Below, piece after piece: positions 19,849 to 28,857 of a stretch of DNA of 64,000 bases. The stretch is from Bacillota bacterium (GTDB taxonomy: Bacteria > Bacillota > Ch66 > Ch109), in assembly GCA_050952625.1 (NCBI GenBank), contig JBMNLH010000001.1, positions 1,152,001-1,216,000 on the forward strand, given 5' to 3'. The position numbers were made by a program, and so were the translations under genes. The number at the start of each line of letters is the position of its first letter. Position 1 is the stretch's first letter. The notes under the pieces are model-generated. The model saw only the letters and a list, made by a program, of their open reading frames with translations. It had not been told where the DNA came from and did not search any database.

Positions 19849-21263
19849 TGGATTATACTTTGCTTGTTCCGGAAATTTTCGTCGCTTCTTTAGCCTGCTT
19901 ATTGCTCGTCCTAGGTTTAATTGCGCCGAAGGGTGAAAAACGAGGCCTAGTGTTATTTGCGATTGTGGGCATAATTGCTTCCATCGTGGTTGTAGCGGCG
20001 CACTTCAATATGTTCGATGGTTTTCTGGGGCGGATGTACCTGGTTGATTCTTACGCCAGCTATTTCAAGGTACTATTCTTAGTTTCTGCCTTGTTGGTCT
20101 GTCTTACCACGACCAGTTATTATAAACCTTTGGCCGGTGAAGGTAGCGAAGCTTATGCCATCATGCTGTTTGCTACCTTAGGGATGATGGTTTTGGTTTC
20201 TGCTGGCGAACTCATTACGCTGTACGTTGGCATGGAATTAATGACAATTTCTTTCTATATCCTTACCGCCAATTTAGCCGGTGAGGATGCGCGATCGTCG
20301 GAAGCCGGGCTGAAATACTTGATTCTCGGGGCCATATCTTCGGCCGTCATGCTTTATGGTTTTACTTTACTATATGGAGTAACCGGCACTACCCTTATTC
20401 ATCAGATTGCGTTGCATAGCGACAGCAGTCCGGCCTTCTGGTTGGGAGTAGTTTTTGCTCTTTCCGGTTTCGGCTTTAAAGTAGCCATGGTACCCTTTCA
20501 TATGTGGGCTCCCGATATTTATGAGGGTGCTCCAACCCCAGTTACTATTTTTCTAGCTGTTGCCTCCAAGGCTGCCGGGTTTGCTGTTTTTGTGCGCGTT
20601 TTTCTGACCGCTTTTCCGTACCATGCCGATCACTGGGTACCAATAATTGCTTTTTTGGCAGCAATTACCATGATTTTAGGCAATCTAGCGGCTATACCTC
20701 AACAGAATATTAAACGAATGCTGGCTTATTCTAGTATTGCCCAGGCTGGTTATCTGCTAGTCGGTCTTGTGGCTGCAAACCAGTTAGGCGTTAAAGGCAT
20801 TCTGTTTTATACGATGATCTATGTCTTCGCCAATGTCGGTGCGTTTGCCGTGACGATTGTTTTCAACAATGTTTCAGAGAGTGATGATATTGCTGATTAT
20901 TCTGGCTTAGCCCAGCGTTCACCACTATTGGCTGCCACATTATTAATATGTATGTTATCAATGGCCGGGATTCCTCCCCTAGCCGGGTTCGCCGGCAAAT
21001 TTTACTTGTTTTCAGCCGTTATTGACCAAGGATTTTTATGGCTGGCGATTATTGGCCTAGTTATGAGTATGATTTCAGTTTATTATTACTTATCCGTTGC
21101 CCGGGTGATGTACCTTGGTCAAGTAACTGACTATAGTGCGATTAAGGTAAATGGTTCAATGAAGTTGCTTTTGTACGGGTGTATGATTCTGAGCATTATT
21201 TTGGGGGTTTATCCTGATGCATTAGCCAAAATTGCTAATACTGCCGCTAAATTTATGTTTTAG
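19848..21263 (+). CDS. nuoN: Complex I subunit N (antiporter-like)
   Basis: SEAGLKY..LG, FKVAMVPFHMWAPDIYEGAPTP, KRMLAYSSI, GIPPLAGF.GK. Confidence 0.95.
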   Translation: MDYTLLVPEIFVASLACLLLVLGLIAPKGEKRGLVLFAIVGIIASIVVVAAHFNMFDGFLGRMYLVDSYASYFKVLFLVSALLVCLTTTSYYKPLAGEGSEAYAIMLFATLGMMVLVSAGELITLYVGMELMTISFYILTANLAGEDARSSEAGLKYLILGAISSAVMLYGFTLLYGVTGTTLIHQIALHSDSSPAFWLGVVFALSGFGFKVAMVPFHMWAPDIYEGAPTPVTIFLAVASKAAGFAVFVRVFLTAFPYHADHWVPIIAFLAAITMILGNLAAIPQQNIKRMLAYSSIAQAGYLLVGLVAANQLGVKGILFYTMIYVFANVGAFAVTIVFNNVSESDDIADYSGLAQRSPLLAATLLICMLSMAGIPPLAGFAGKFYLFSAVIDQGFLWLAIIGLVMSMISVYYYLSVARVMYLGQVTDYSAIKVNGSMKLLLYGCMILSIILGVYPDALAKIANTAAKFMF

Positions 21264-21315
21264 AGGCGCAGTGTTTTAACTAAGTTCAGTGATTAGCGAT
21301 TTACATCATTAATTA

Positions 21316-21338
21316 AAACCCTTCCTTCGGGAAGGGTT
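21316..21338. terminator. Hairpin after nuoN
   Basis: AACCCTTCC-TTCG-GGAAGGGTT (UUCG tetraloop). Confidence 0.7.
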
Positions 21339-21442
21339 AAGCCATTATTAGTGATCCGGCAAAAATCTCCTGTATCTAAGTCAATTATTTTATCGTTAAA
21401 ATGTAAGAGGGGGTTTTTTGGCTAGATAAAGGACGTGAGTTA

Positions 21443-21985
21443 GTGCAAACGTTTTCTAAAGAAGACGACTTAATCAGACGAGCCAAGGATGATCCCGATG
21501 CTTTTGGAGAGCTTTACGAGATGCACTTTCGCCAGATATATCGGTACGTTTATAGTCAGGTGAGAAGTCATCCGGAAACTCAAGACATTGTATCGGATAC
21601 CTTTCTGAAGGCCTTGAGGGCGATCGAATCTTATACTCCCACTGGTAAGCCATTTATCGTATGGCTGTACCGGATTGCCCGAAATACAACTATTGATTAT
21701 TTTCGGCGGGCTAACCGGGAAGTTGAGGTAGATTGGTTGGAATTAATGGCTGAGGAAGCTCAACTTGAACAGATAGAGTATCGCGATTGGTTGGACCAGG
21801 CAATGAAACATTTGACTGAGGACCAACGAGTCATCCTCCGACTTCACTACATACAAGACATGAAGTTTAAAGATATTGCAAAAGTTACCAATCGTACTGA
21901 GGGTGCAGTTAAGGCCATGGCCTTACGGGCTATTGGTCGGCTTCGATCGGTAATGGTGAAAGAAGAGGTGACTTATGGAGCATAG
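21443..21985 (+). CDS. ECF sigma-70 family factor
   Basis: D.DAFGELY, QDIVSDTFLKA, WLYRIARN..ID, region 4 HTH (FKDIAKV...EGAVK). Confidence 0.92.
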   Translation: MQTFSKEDDLIRRAKDDPDAFGELYEMHFRQIYRYVYSQVRSHPETQDIVSDTFLKALRAIESYTPTGKPFIVWLYRIARNTTIDYFRRANREVEVDWLELMAEEAQLEQIEYRDWLDQAMKHLTEDQRVILRLHYIQDMKFKDIAKVTNRTEGAVKAMALRAIGRLRSVMVKEEVTYGA

Positions 21986-23390
21986 AGAAATCCGCCAATT
22001 ATTGGAAGATGAAATTATGGATGAACAAAAAAAGATTGATTTCTTAACCATTGAGCAGGAATTGAATGAATATTTCAAAAGTCAACCTTCAGAAGACTTT
22101 CGCCACCAATTAAAGCAGTTTCTATTAAAAGAGGCGGGGGTAACTAGGAGGGCAAAAATACGCGGACTTAAGGATTCTTTTTATAGATTTTGGCCGGTCG
22201 CAACCGCTGCTGCAGTAGCAGTAATAATGGTACTATCATTTGTCAATTCACAGGTCTGGAAAAAGCATTGGCCAAGTTTCCAAAGTCCTGACAACGGGGC
22301 AATATTAGTTAGCTTAAAGGACGATGCAGTTTTGCCGGAAAGCCAGGAAGTAAAAAGTCAGGACGTAAAAGGTCAGGATGTAAGCAAAAGTAGTATTGTT
22401 GAAAACAATATCAATAGTGAAAGTAACACTGATAGTAAAACCAACTCAAATGCCCAGGAAATCGCCGTAGAATCGAGTATGAAAAGAGCCCTTAGTCAGC
22501 CTGATCAGCTTGACAATCAAGAAAAGGTAATTACTCCAGAAAATTATACTGATGATTCAGCAGCATCTCGGAACAAGGAAGACGTTTTTGCGGAGTCACT
22601 TTCAATGAGTCCATCGGGTGAATCGGGTGCATTGGGTGCATCGGGTGGATCGGCGACCCGGGCTGGGATCAATCGTAATGAACAAACTGAGATACTATCT
22701 CATGGGATAGATTATAGGCAAGATAAAGTCAGGGTATATAGAGATAAGAATGTTTTCATAGAGACCACGGAAGCCTGGAACTTAGCGCAAAGGTTCGGCT
22801 TACTCAAAGAAGGATTATTATACGAGAATGATCTGGAATATCGATTTGTCCAGGATGACCAAACTTTAACTTTATCGTATAATAAAATGCCAATAAAGAT
22901 CCACTACCAAAAAAAAGGCCCTAGTGATAAGCACCCAAGACAACTTAATAAGGATCAAGCCGTGCAAAAAGCCAGAGAGGCCTTAACCACTCTTCCTTGC
23001 TTTAAAATAGTACCGGATCTAGTTAGCCCGATCACCCTAGTTGAGGATGATTACGTAATCACATTTTGGCAACAAATTGACGGTCTAAGACTATTAAGTG
23101 ACGGTGTCCGGGTCAGAGTTGATGGGGAATCCGGAACTATAATCGAAATTAAGGGCCCGATTCATCAATTCGAAACCGTGGCTGAATACCCGCTTCTAAC
23201 CATAGATCAAGCAGTCACAGGTTTATTTGAAAACAGAAAAGATATAGATATCCAACAAGTTGAATTAATCCAATCTTTACAGTTTAATGGACCTAATGAC
23301 ATTCTGGCTGTTCCTGGCTATTATATAACCGGTCACTACCCTGATGGGAGGCCTTATGAAACCACAGTACCGGCGATTAAACTGCAATAA
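21975..23390 (+). CDS. Putative membrane-anchored anti-sigma factor with a large extracytoplasmic domain
   Basis: Overlaps the ECF sigma gene; PSEDFR..LK cytoplasmic motif, single TM (VATAAAVAVIMVLSFV), low-complexity linker, C-terminal domain with PepSY/YcdB-like character. Confidence 0.7.
   Translation: MEHREIRQLLEDEIMDEQKKIDFLTIEQELNEYFKSQPSEDFRHQLKQFLLKEAGVTRRAKIRGLKDSFYRFWPVATAAAVAVIMVLSFVNSQVWKKHWPSFQSPDNGAILVSLKDDAVLPESQEVKSQDVKGQDVSKSSIVENNINSESNTDSKTNSNAQEIAVESSMKRALSQPDQLDNQEKVITPENYTDDSAASRNKEDVFAESLSMSPSGESGALGASGGSATRAGINRNEQTEILSHGIDYRQDKVRVYRDKNVFIETTEAWNLAQRFGLLKEGLLYENDLEYRFVQDDQTLTLSYNKMPIKIHYQKKGPSDKHPRQLNKDQAVQKAREALTTLPCFKIVPDLVSPITLVEDDYVITFWQQIDGLRLLSDGVRVRVDGESGTIIEIKGPIHQFETVAEYPLLTIDQAVTGLFENRKDIDIQQVELIQSLQFNGPNDILAVPGYYITGHYPDGRPYETTVPAIKLQ
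22341..22385 (+). repeat. Three degenerate 15-bp tandem repeats in the anti-sigma linker (SQEVK/SQDVK/GQDVS)
   Basis: AGCCAGGAAGTAAAA, AGTCAGGACGTAAAA, GGTCAGGATGTAAGC. Confidence 0.7.
22612..22652 (+). repeat. Degenerate 9-bp tandem repeat (about 4.5 copies)
   Basis: CATCGGGTG AATCGGGTG CATTGGGTG CATCGGGTG GATCG. Confidence 0.7.
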
Positions 23391-23425
23391 TACTGCAATA
23401 ATATAGAAAATAAAGGGTTATAGTC

Positions 23426-23454
23426 TTGTTAAATATCTTTTTCTTAGTTATAAT
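23426..23454 (+). promoter_or_regulatory. Sigma-A promoter for the riboswitch-CDF transcript
   Basis: TTGTTA-N17-TATAAT, directly before the aptamer. Confidence 0.65.
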
Positions 23455-23461
23455 GTTATTT

Positions 23462-23560
23462 AGAAAGTCAAGTTCTATTTTTTAATAGAGCCGGGCCTTA
23501 GGCAACGGGGAGAATTAAGAACCCGTGGGACTTCGTATATTTTTTACGAAGTCCTTTTTT
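23462..23560 (+). ncRNA. NiCo/czcD-type metal-sensing riboswitch with overlapping intrinsic terminator
   Basis: Core GCCGGGCC-TTA-GGCAAC-GGG...CCC-GTGGGAC, hairpin TTCTATT/AATAGAG, terminator GGACTTCGTA/TACGAAGTCC-T6 (23528-23560); upstream of a CDF exporter. Confidence 0.75.
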
Positions 23561-23592
23561 ATTCGTAAGATTTTGACAAAGGAGAATGAGCA

Positions 23593-24504
23593 ATGGAAAT
23601 TAAAACCAAAGTTGCTGCCCTTTCAGTAGTCTCAAATACCTTGCTGGTTATTCTGAAATTAGTCGTTGGTCTAATGATTGGCTCAGTCAGCGTGGTATCC
23701 GAAGCGATTCATTCTGGCTTAGATTTAGTGGCAGCGATGATTGCTTTCTTCTCCGTCCGCACTTCGTCTTTACCTCCTGACCAGGAACACCGTTACGGTC
23801 ATGGTAAAATCGAAAATGTGTCGGGTACTATTGAAGCACTCTTAATCTTTGTTGCGGCCATTTGGATTATTGTAGAGGCCGGCAAAAAAATTATCGGGAA
23901 TGTTGAAATCGAGGCCGTAGGACCTGGTCTGGTGGTTATGGGAGTATCAGCTTTAGTGAACCTTGGCGTTTCCAGTATTCTGTTTAAAGTAGCTAAACAG
24001 ACTGATTCTATTGCTTTGGAAGCAGATGCTCTTCACCTAAGAACCGATGTCTATACTTCGTTGGGGGTTTTTGCTGGCTTGGGTCTAATTGAGCTTACTG
24101 GCTTTACAATTTTTGATCCTCTAGCGGCCTTTGGTGTTGCATTGCTCATTATTAAGGCTTCTTGGGAACTTACTCGAAGGGCCTTTATGCCGTTAGTAGA
24201 TGTGGCTCTGCCAAACGCTGATGAAGCTGTAATTACTGATATCTTGGGAGACTACCAAGTTTCGGGATCAATCATTGGCTACCACAAACTGAGAACCCGG
24301 CAAGCTGGAGCAGAACGTCATGTTGATTTACATGTCCAGTTGCCGGGAAACTTAAATCTTTCTACGGTCCACAGTCTAAGTGACTCAATTGAAAAAGACA
24401 TTAAAGAAAAGCTAGCCAATACCTCTATCGTCATTCATATGGAGCCCTGCTGTAATGAAGATAAGGATTGTAATAACTGCGAGTACCGTAAATCCATGAA
24501 TTAG
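23593..24504 (+). CDS. Cation diffusion facilitator family transporter (FieF/CzcD-like)
   Basis: SEAIHS.LD, HRYGHGKIE, ADALHLRTD, cytoplasmic HVDLH and IHMEP, Cys-rich tail. Confidence 0.93.
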   Translation: MEIKTKVAALSVVSNTLLVILKLVVGLMIGSVSVVSEAIHSGLDLVAAMIAFFSVRTSSLPPDQEHRYGHGKIENVSGTIEALLIFVAAIWIIVEAGKKIIGNVEIEAVGPGLVVMGVSALVNLGVSSILFKVAKQTDSIALEADALHLRTDVYTSLGVFAGLGLIELTGFTIFDPLAAFGVALLIIKASWELTRRAFMPLVDVALPNADEAVITDILGDYQVSGSIIGYHKLRTRQAGAERHVDLHVQLPGNLNLSTVHSLSDSIEKDIKEKLANTSIVIHMEPCCNEDKDCNNCEYRKSMN

Positions 24505-24551
24505 TCTAATTAGTCTAATAAGACACCAGCCAGCCTGGTCATCCCCCTTAC

Positions 24552-24580
24552 TTGACAATCGGGAACCCCTCACTTATGAT
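24552..24580 (+). promoter_or_regulatory. Sigma-A promoter for the phasin-like gene
   Basis: TTGACA-N17-TATGAT. Confidence 0.75.
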
Positions 24581-24603
24581 GTACTTATCAAGGCTGGAGG
24601 TGA

Positions 24604-24936
24604 GTGGTTATATTAGGAGTAATGCGAAAGGCTTTTTACCTCGGTCTGGGTGGGTTTTCTGTTACACGAGAAAAGACAGAGAAACTGATAGATGAATTAA
24701 TAAAGAAGAAGAACCTTAATCCGACTGAGGCTAGCGGGTTGGTTAAGGAATTAGTCGAAAAAGGCGAACAGGAACGAGAAGCTATGATTGGTTTCATTCG
24801 TAAAGAGGTTGGCCAACTCCGTTCCGAATTGGGATTAGTGACCCACTCCGAGATCAGTCAAATCGAAGATCGCTTACGAGTAATCGAGGAACGGATACAG
24901 ATCCTTGAGAATAAGGTTGGAGCAAACCCTCACTAG
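24604..24936 (+). CDS. Phasin-like (PHA granule-associated) protein
   Basis: LGLG...TREK.EKLIDEL, C-terminal LGLVT..EI..IE.RL..IE coiled coil; adjacent to an ABC1 kinase. Confidence 0.75.
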   Translation: MVILGVMRKAFYLGLGGFSVTREKTEKLIDELIKKKNLNPTEASGLVKELVEKGEQEREAMIGFIRKEVGQLRSELGLVTHSEISQIEDRLRVIEERIQILENKVGANPH

Positions 24937-24988
24937 CATAGTATTAATTATTTGAGTAAAAACGGGAGATAACATACCAGGATTTTAA

Positions 24989-25018
24989 GCCCCTAGCTAG
25001 TCTGGCTAGGGGCATTTT
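24989..25018 (+). terminator. Hairpin after the phasin gene
   Basis: GCCCCTAGCTA-GTC-TGGCTAGGGGC followed by ATTTT. Confidence 0.65.
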
Positions 25019-25144
25019 CAGATTAGACTGCTATACTACTAAACAAGTACTTTGGAGAAATGAAATTATGGTCGCGCATTATTTTAACGAGGTCAGTGAT
25101 TGGCGATTGACAGCATTTTATTATTTTCGCTCCTGGTCTAGCCG

Positions 25145-25167
25145 GCTGACTGAGTTGAATACAAGCG
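25145..25167 (+). repeat. Dispersed intergenic motif, copy 1
   Basis: GCTGACTGAGTT-GAATACAAGCG matches 44293-44316 (minus strand) at 22 of 24 positions. Confidence 0.55.
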
Positions 25168-25186
25168 TTGATTAGGGGAGGTAAAT

Positions 25187-26851
25187 GTGCCTCTAGTTAG
25201 ACGTTATCGCCATCTGACTCGATACCGTGAGATTGCTAATGTCCTGGCTCGCCACGGGTTCGGCTTTCTTTTTGACCAGGCCGGCTTACGTGATCTTCTT
25301 CAACGCAAAAGTATGGCAGAAGGGGTTAAACGCAAGGGGCACCTGACAGCACCTGAGCGAGTGTTCCATGCTTTAAACGAATTAGGCCCTACCTTTGTGA
25401 AGATGGGTCAAATCTTAAGTACACGGCCTGATATTATCCCCTGGTCCTATCTTGAACAACTGGAAAAACTTCAAGATATGGTTCAACCGTTTTCTTTTGC
25501 TCAGGTTCAGGAGGTTTTTTACCAAGAACAGGACAAGACACTTGACGATGTTTTTATAAAATTTGAGCCTGAACCTATTGCCTCCGCTTCTATTGCCCAG
25601 GTGCATAGAGCCTTTTTAATAACCGGCGAAGCAGTTGTGGTCAAGGTCCAGAGACCAGATATCCAACGCACAATTGAAATTGATTTAGAAATCCTTTTTG
25701 ATCTCGCCCGTCTCCTGGAGACAAAAACGGTCTGGGGAAAACACTATGGATTAGTAGATATTGTCGAAGAGTTTGCTCAATCATTAAGAGCGGAACTTGA
25801 TTTTACTGCCGAAGGACGTAATGGTGAGCGTTTTGTCAATTTATTCAAAGATGATCCAACCGTGGTAATCCCTCGGGTTTATTGGGAATACTCAACCCGT
25901 CATGTGCTAGTTATGGAATATATTGACGGCATCAAAATGTCGGCGACGAACCGGTTACGCGAGGCTGGGTATGACCTGCGGCTAATTGGCCAAAATTTTG
26001 TTAATGCGATAATGAAGCAGATTTATATATTTGGTTTTTTTCACTCTGACCCCCATCCCGGGAATCTGTCTGTTCTTTCGGGTGAACGCGTCGTATTTAT
26101 GGATTTTGGCCAGGTAGGTCGAATCGATGAACCAACTAAGCAAAAGGCCGTCAATTTGGTTCTAGCCATGGTCCGCTATGATGTAGATGCTGTCATGCGA
26201 GGTCTGCTTGACATAGGAGTGGTCCAACGTAAAATTAACTGGGCCCATCTCCGGCGGGATATTAGTCGGTTGCAGCAAAAATATTACGGATTACCTTTTT
26301 CGGAGATTTCTGTAGGTGAGGCCTTGCGAGAGCTTGTCGATATTTCTTTTCGTTATAAAATTCGAATTCCGCCTGAATTTGCCTTGGCCATCAAGTGTTT
26401 AGTTACTAGCGAGGGGGTTTTGCAGCAGTTAGATCCTCAAATTAGTCTCCTTGAATTGGCCGAGCCCTTTGCCAGACGGATTGTCCGACAACGAATGGCC
26501 CCGACGGAGATTAAGCGTACTCTTGTGCGCTCAGCCCTAGAGTTTTCTGAATTTGCCCGTCGTTTACCTAGGCAAGTGGAAAATATCCTCGGCCTAATGG
26601 AGGAAGGGGAGTTTAAAATACAGCTTGAACATCAAAATCTGCAGCGGTTTTCCCTACGACTGAATATGATCGCGAATCGAATTACGCTTAGTATCTTAAT
26701 CGCCAGTCTAATTGTTGGCTCTTCATTGATTGTTAATCGGACTCAGGGTACGTTTCTCAGCAATTTGCCGATTGCTGAGGTTGGTTACGTTTTTGCGGCA
26801 GCTATGGGTTTCTGGCTAGTTGTGTCAATAATTCGCTCAGGCAGATTCTAG
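25187..26851 (+). CDS. ABC1/AarF/UbiB-family atypical kinase
   Basis: LGPTFVKMGQ, ASASIAQVH, VVKVQRP, HSDPHPGN, DFGQVG; two C-terminal TM helices. Confidence 0.93.
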   Translation: MPLVRRYRHLTRYREIANVLARHGFGFLFDQAGLRDLLQRKSMAEGVKRKGHLTAPERVFHALNELGPTFVKMGQILSTRPDIIPWSYLEQLEKLQDMVQPFSFAQVQEVFYQEQDKTLDDVFIKFEPEPIASASIAQVHRAFLITGEAVVVKVQRPDIQRTIEIDLEILFDLARLLETKTVWGKHYGLVDIVEEFAQSLRAELDFTAEGRNGERFVNLFKDDPTVVIPRVYWEYSTRHVLVMEYIDGIKMSATNRLREAGYDLRLIGQNFVNAIMKQIYIFGFFHSDPHPGNLSVLSGERVVFMDFGQVGRIDEPTKQKAVNLVLAMVRYDVDAVMRGLLDIGVVQRKINWAHLRRDISRLQQKYYGLPFSEISVGEALRELVDISFRYKIRIPPEFALAIKCLVTSEGVLQQLDPQISLLELAEPFARRIVRQRMAPTEIKRTLVRSALEFSEFARRLPRQVENILGLMEEGEFKIQLEHQNLQRFSLRLNMIANRITLSILIASLIVGSSLIVNRTQGTFLSNLPIAEVGYVFAAAMGFWLVVSIIRSGRF

Positions 26852-26949
26852 TGATAAATAATATGTTGTATACCGCCAATCGCTAACCGGTGTTAAAAAC
26901 ATGGTACGATTGGGTTTTCAAGATGTATGATTGTTTTGGGAGGAATTTA

Positions 26950-28824
26950 ATGGGTGGGACAATTGAAACCGGGTGCGTTGAGGCGAAAAATGATGATTCG
27001 GATAATCCGGTAATAATTCTGGGGGCTGGAACAACGGCAGCCCTGGTTGCTCAACATTTGGCTGAGAATTTCCCGGTTCTACAAGTTGAATGGGGAACAG
27101 TTTCAGACTTCCCCTTGTTTAATGTGTTAAGTGACAAACGAATTAAGAACATTCAACGACATCTAAAATGGAATAGGGTAAAAGCGGCTGCGTTACTGGA
27201 TTGGTCGGGTCAAATCGGAGAATTTCAATTACGGATCAAACTTGATGATGGGTCCATTAAGACTTTTTGGGGTCAAGCGGTTGTGATCGCGCTAGATTGT
27301 CCATCTGGCCCAGTTGAATTAGCCCGATTTTCTAAAGGATTAGGCGATTCCTTGCATTCGTTTGTTAATCCTTCAAATCCTAATCCTTCAAATCCTAATC
27401 CTCCAAAGACTGGCTGGAGCAACCCTTCAGAAAGCTTGTCTATATTGGGTTCAATAAAAGACCATTCAGTAATTGCTTTCATCTTGGGTTCCGGCGGTTT
27501 GGAAGCGGTAGCCCCAACTTATCTAGCTTTAGATTATGCCTATAAACTAAGAGTACAGGACGCTTACTCGGTTTGCATTTTCCACGGAGAGTTGCCGTTA
27601 GCGGCTGACCGCCTGGAAGAATTATATCAGGCCGGACGATCGGCCGGGGTGGAGTTCTACCGCTATCAAGAGCCGCTACTTATTGATGATCAGGGCGGGC
27701 ATAAGAGGGTAGTCTATCGTGATCCTTTCTTGCCCAAACATTTTCCGCCTTTGGACATTAAAGTTGATCAAGTAGTTATAGCTGAGGATTTCTTACCACC
27801 ATTGGAGATTAGAAAAATTGTTGCCCTGACTGGTCTGATGGTCGGGTCAGACGGTTTCTTATCACTTGAAGGATTACCTGGCAGTTCAGGACAAACAAAC
27901 CGGCCGGGTATTTATTGTGTAGGAATGGCCCATGGTCCAGCGCGAATTCTAGAACTATGGGATGAGATCGAAGCGGTTAGAATAGATTTGCTCGTTAAGG
28001 ATATGTCTATTAAAGCCTCAAGAGATTCGGCTAAAATCCCACTATTTACGCCACAAAACGTAACTGCAGGAAAAGCATTAGGTCTCGTGGCTCAGGTCGA
28101 TCCTTCTCGCTGCGCCTTATGTTTAACCTGTCTGCGACTATGTCCACATCGAGCCATAGAATTAAACGAGTGTCCAGAACGGATCGACCGCGGTCAACTC
28201 TATCGGCAAACTGCTTGGATTCATCCTCTGGGCTGTCTGGGCTGCGGAATATGTTTAGCCGAGTGTCCGGCGCAAGCGATCAATTGGGTTGATCTTTCTG
28301 CCCAGACAGCTAACGAAGATTTGATTTTGTTATTATATGAAAACGGTCAGCTTTATCGTCAAGGCAAACAAAACCAGGATTCAATAGAGAGAGGCCTTAA
28401 GAAGCCAGTATTCTCTTTACTTGGCTTGGCCTGTTCTCAGTCAGGATTTTTGGCCGCCAGCAGTCTTCCCCTGCTAGCGGATGATGCCTCAAACAGCAAT
28501 CAACTGTTGGCAGAGGTTCGGGTCCAAGCAGTTCCCTGTGCCGGACAAATCGATGAACTAATGGTTCTTCAGGCACTGTCCGCCAAAGTTGATGCTGTTT
28601 TAGTCTGGCCTTGTTACCCTGAAGCGTGTCATCACCAGTATGGTAATCTACGGGCTCGGCACCGGCTTAGGCTAACTGAGCGAAGATTAGAGGAAATCGG
28701 TTTATCTGAACGAATAGCGGTGGCTCCACTGTCCGGCTTGAGTCAGAGTCTGCTTTTAGACAGTATAACGAAAATGGTTGATCGGTTGAAGCTGCCGAAA
28801 CCGGTAGTCATTAAAAATACTTAA
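26950..28824 (+). CDS. Degenerate HdrA-like flavoprotein fused to a 2x[4Fe-4S] domain and an MvhD/FlpD [2Fe-2S] domain
   Basis: IILGAG, TNRPGIYCVG.AHGP, CALCLTCLRLCP, CLGCGICLAECP, C-terminal LAC..S/PCAG/PCYPEACHH..GN; ATG 26950 after SD GGGAGG. Confidence 0.8.
   Translation: MGGTIETGCVEAKNDDSDNPVIILGAGTTAALVAQHLAENFPVLQVEWGTVSDFPLFNVLSDKRIKNIQRHLKWNRVKAAALLDWSGQIGEFQLRIKLDDGSIKTFWGQAVVIALDCPSGPVELARFSKGLGDSLHSFVNPSNPNPSNPNPPKTGWSNPSESLSILGSIKDHSVIAFILGSGGLEAVAPTYLALDYAYKLRVQDAYSVCIFHGELPLAADRLEELYQAGRSAGVEFYRYQEPLLIDDQGGHKRVVYRDPFLPKHFPPLDIKVDQVVIAEDFLPPLEIRKIVALTGLMVGSDGFLSLEGLPGSSGQTNRPGIYCVGMAHGPARILELWDEIEAVRIDLLVKDMSIKASRDSAKIPLFTPQNVTAGKALGLVAQVDPSRCALCLTCLRLCPHRAIELNECPERIDRGQLYRQTAWIHPLGCLGCGICLAECPAQAINWVDLSAQTANEDLILLLYENGQLYRQGKQNQDSIERGLKKPVFSLLGLACSQSGFLAASSLPLLADDASNSNQLLAEVRVQAVPCAGQIDELMVLQALSAKVDAVLVWPCYPEACHHQYGNLRARHRLRLTERRLEEIGLSERIAVAPLSGLSQSLLLDSITKMVDRLKLPKPVVIKNT
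27367..27407 (+). repeat. 15-bp tandem duplication encoding NPSNP-NPSNP-NPPK
   Basis: AATCCTTCAAATCCT twice plus a partial third copy. Confidence 0.8.
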
Positions 28825-28857
28825 GTATCCTTAAGTCATGCCAAGGAGTTGGGGTAA

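Noticed and set aside
11342-21263. Genomic island integrated at tRNA-Leu
   Set aside because: No integrase, no duplicated tRNA 3' end seen, and the downstream genes are an ordinary nuo operon.
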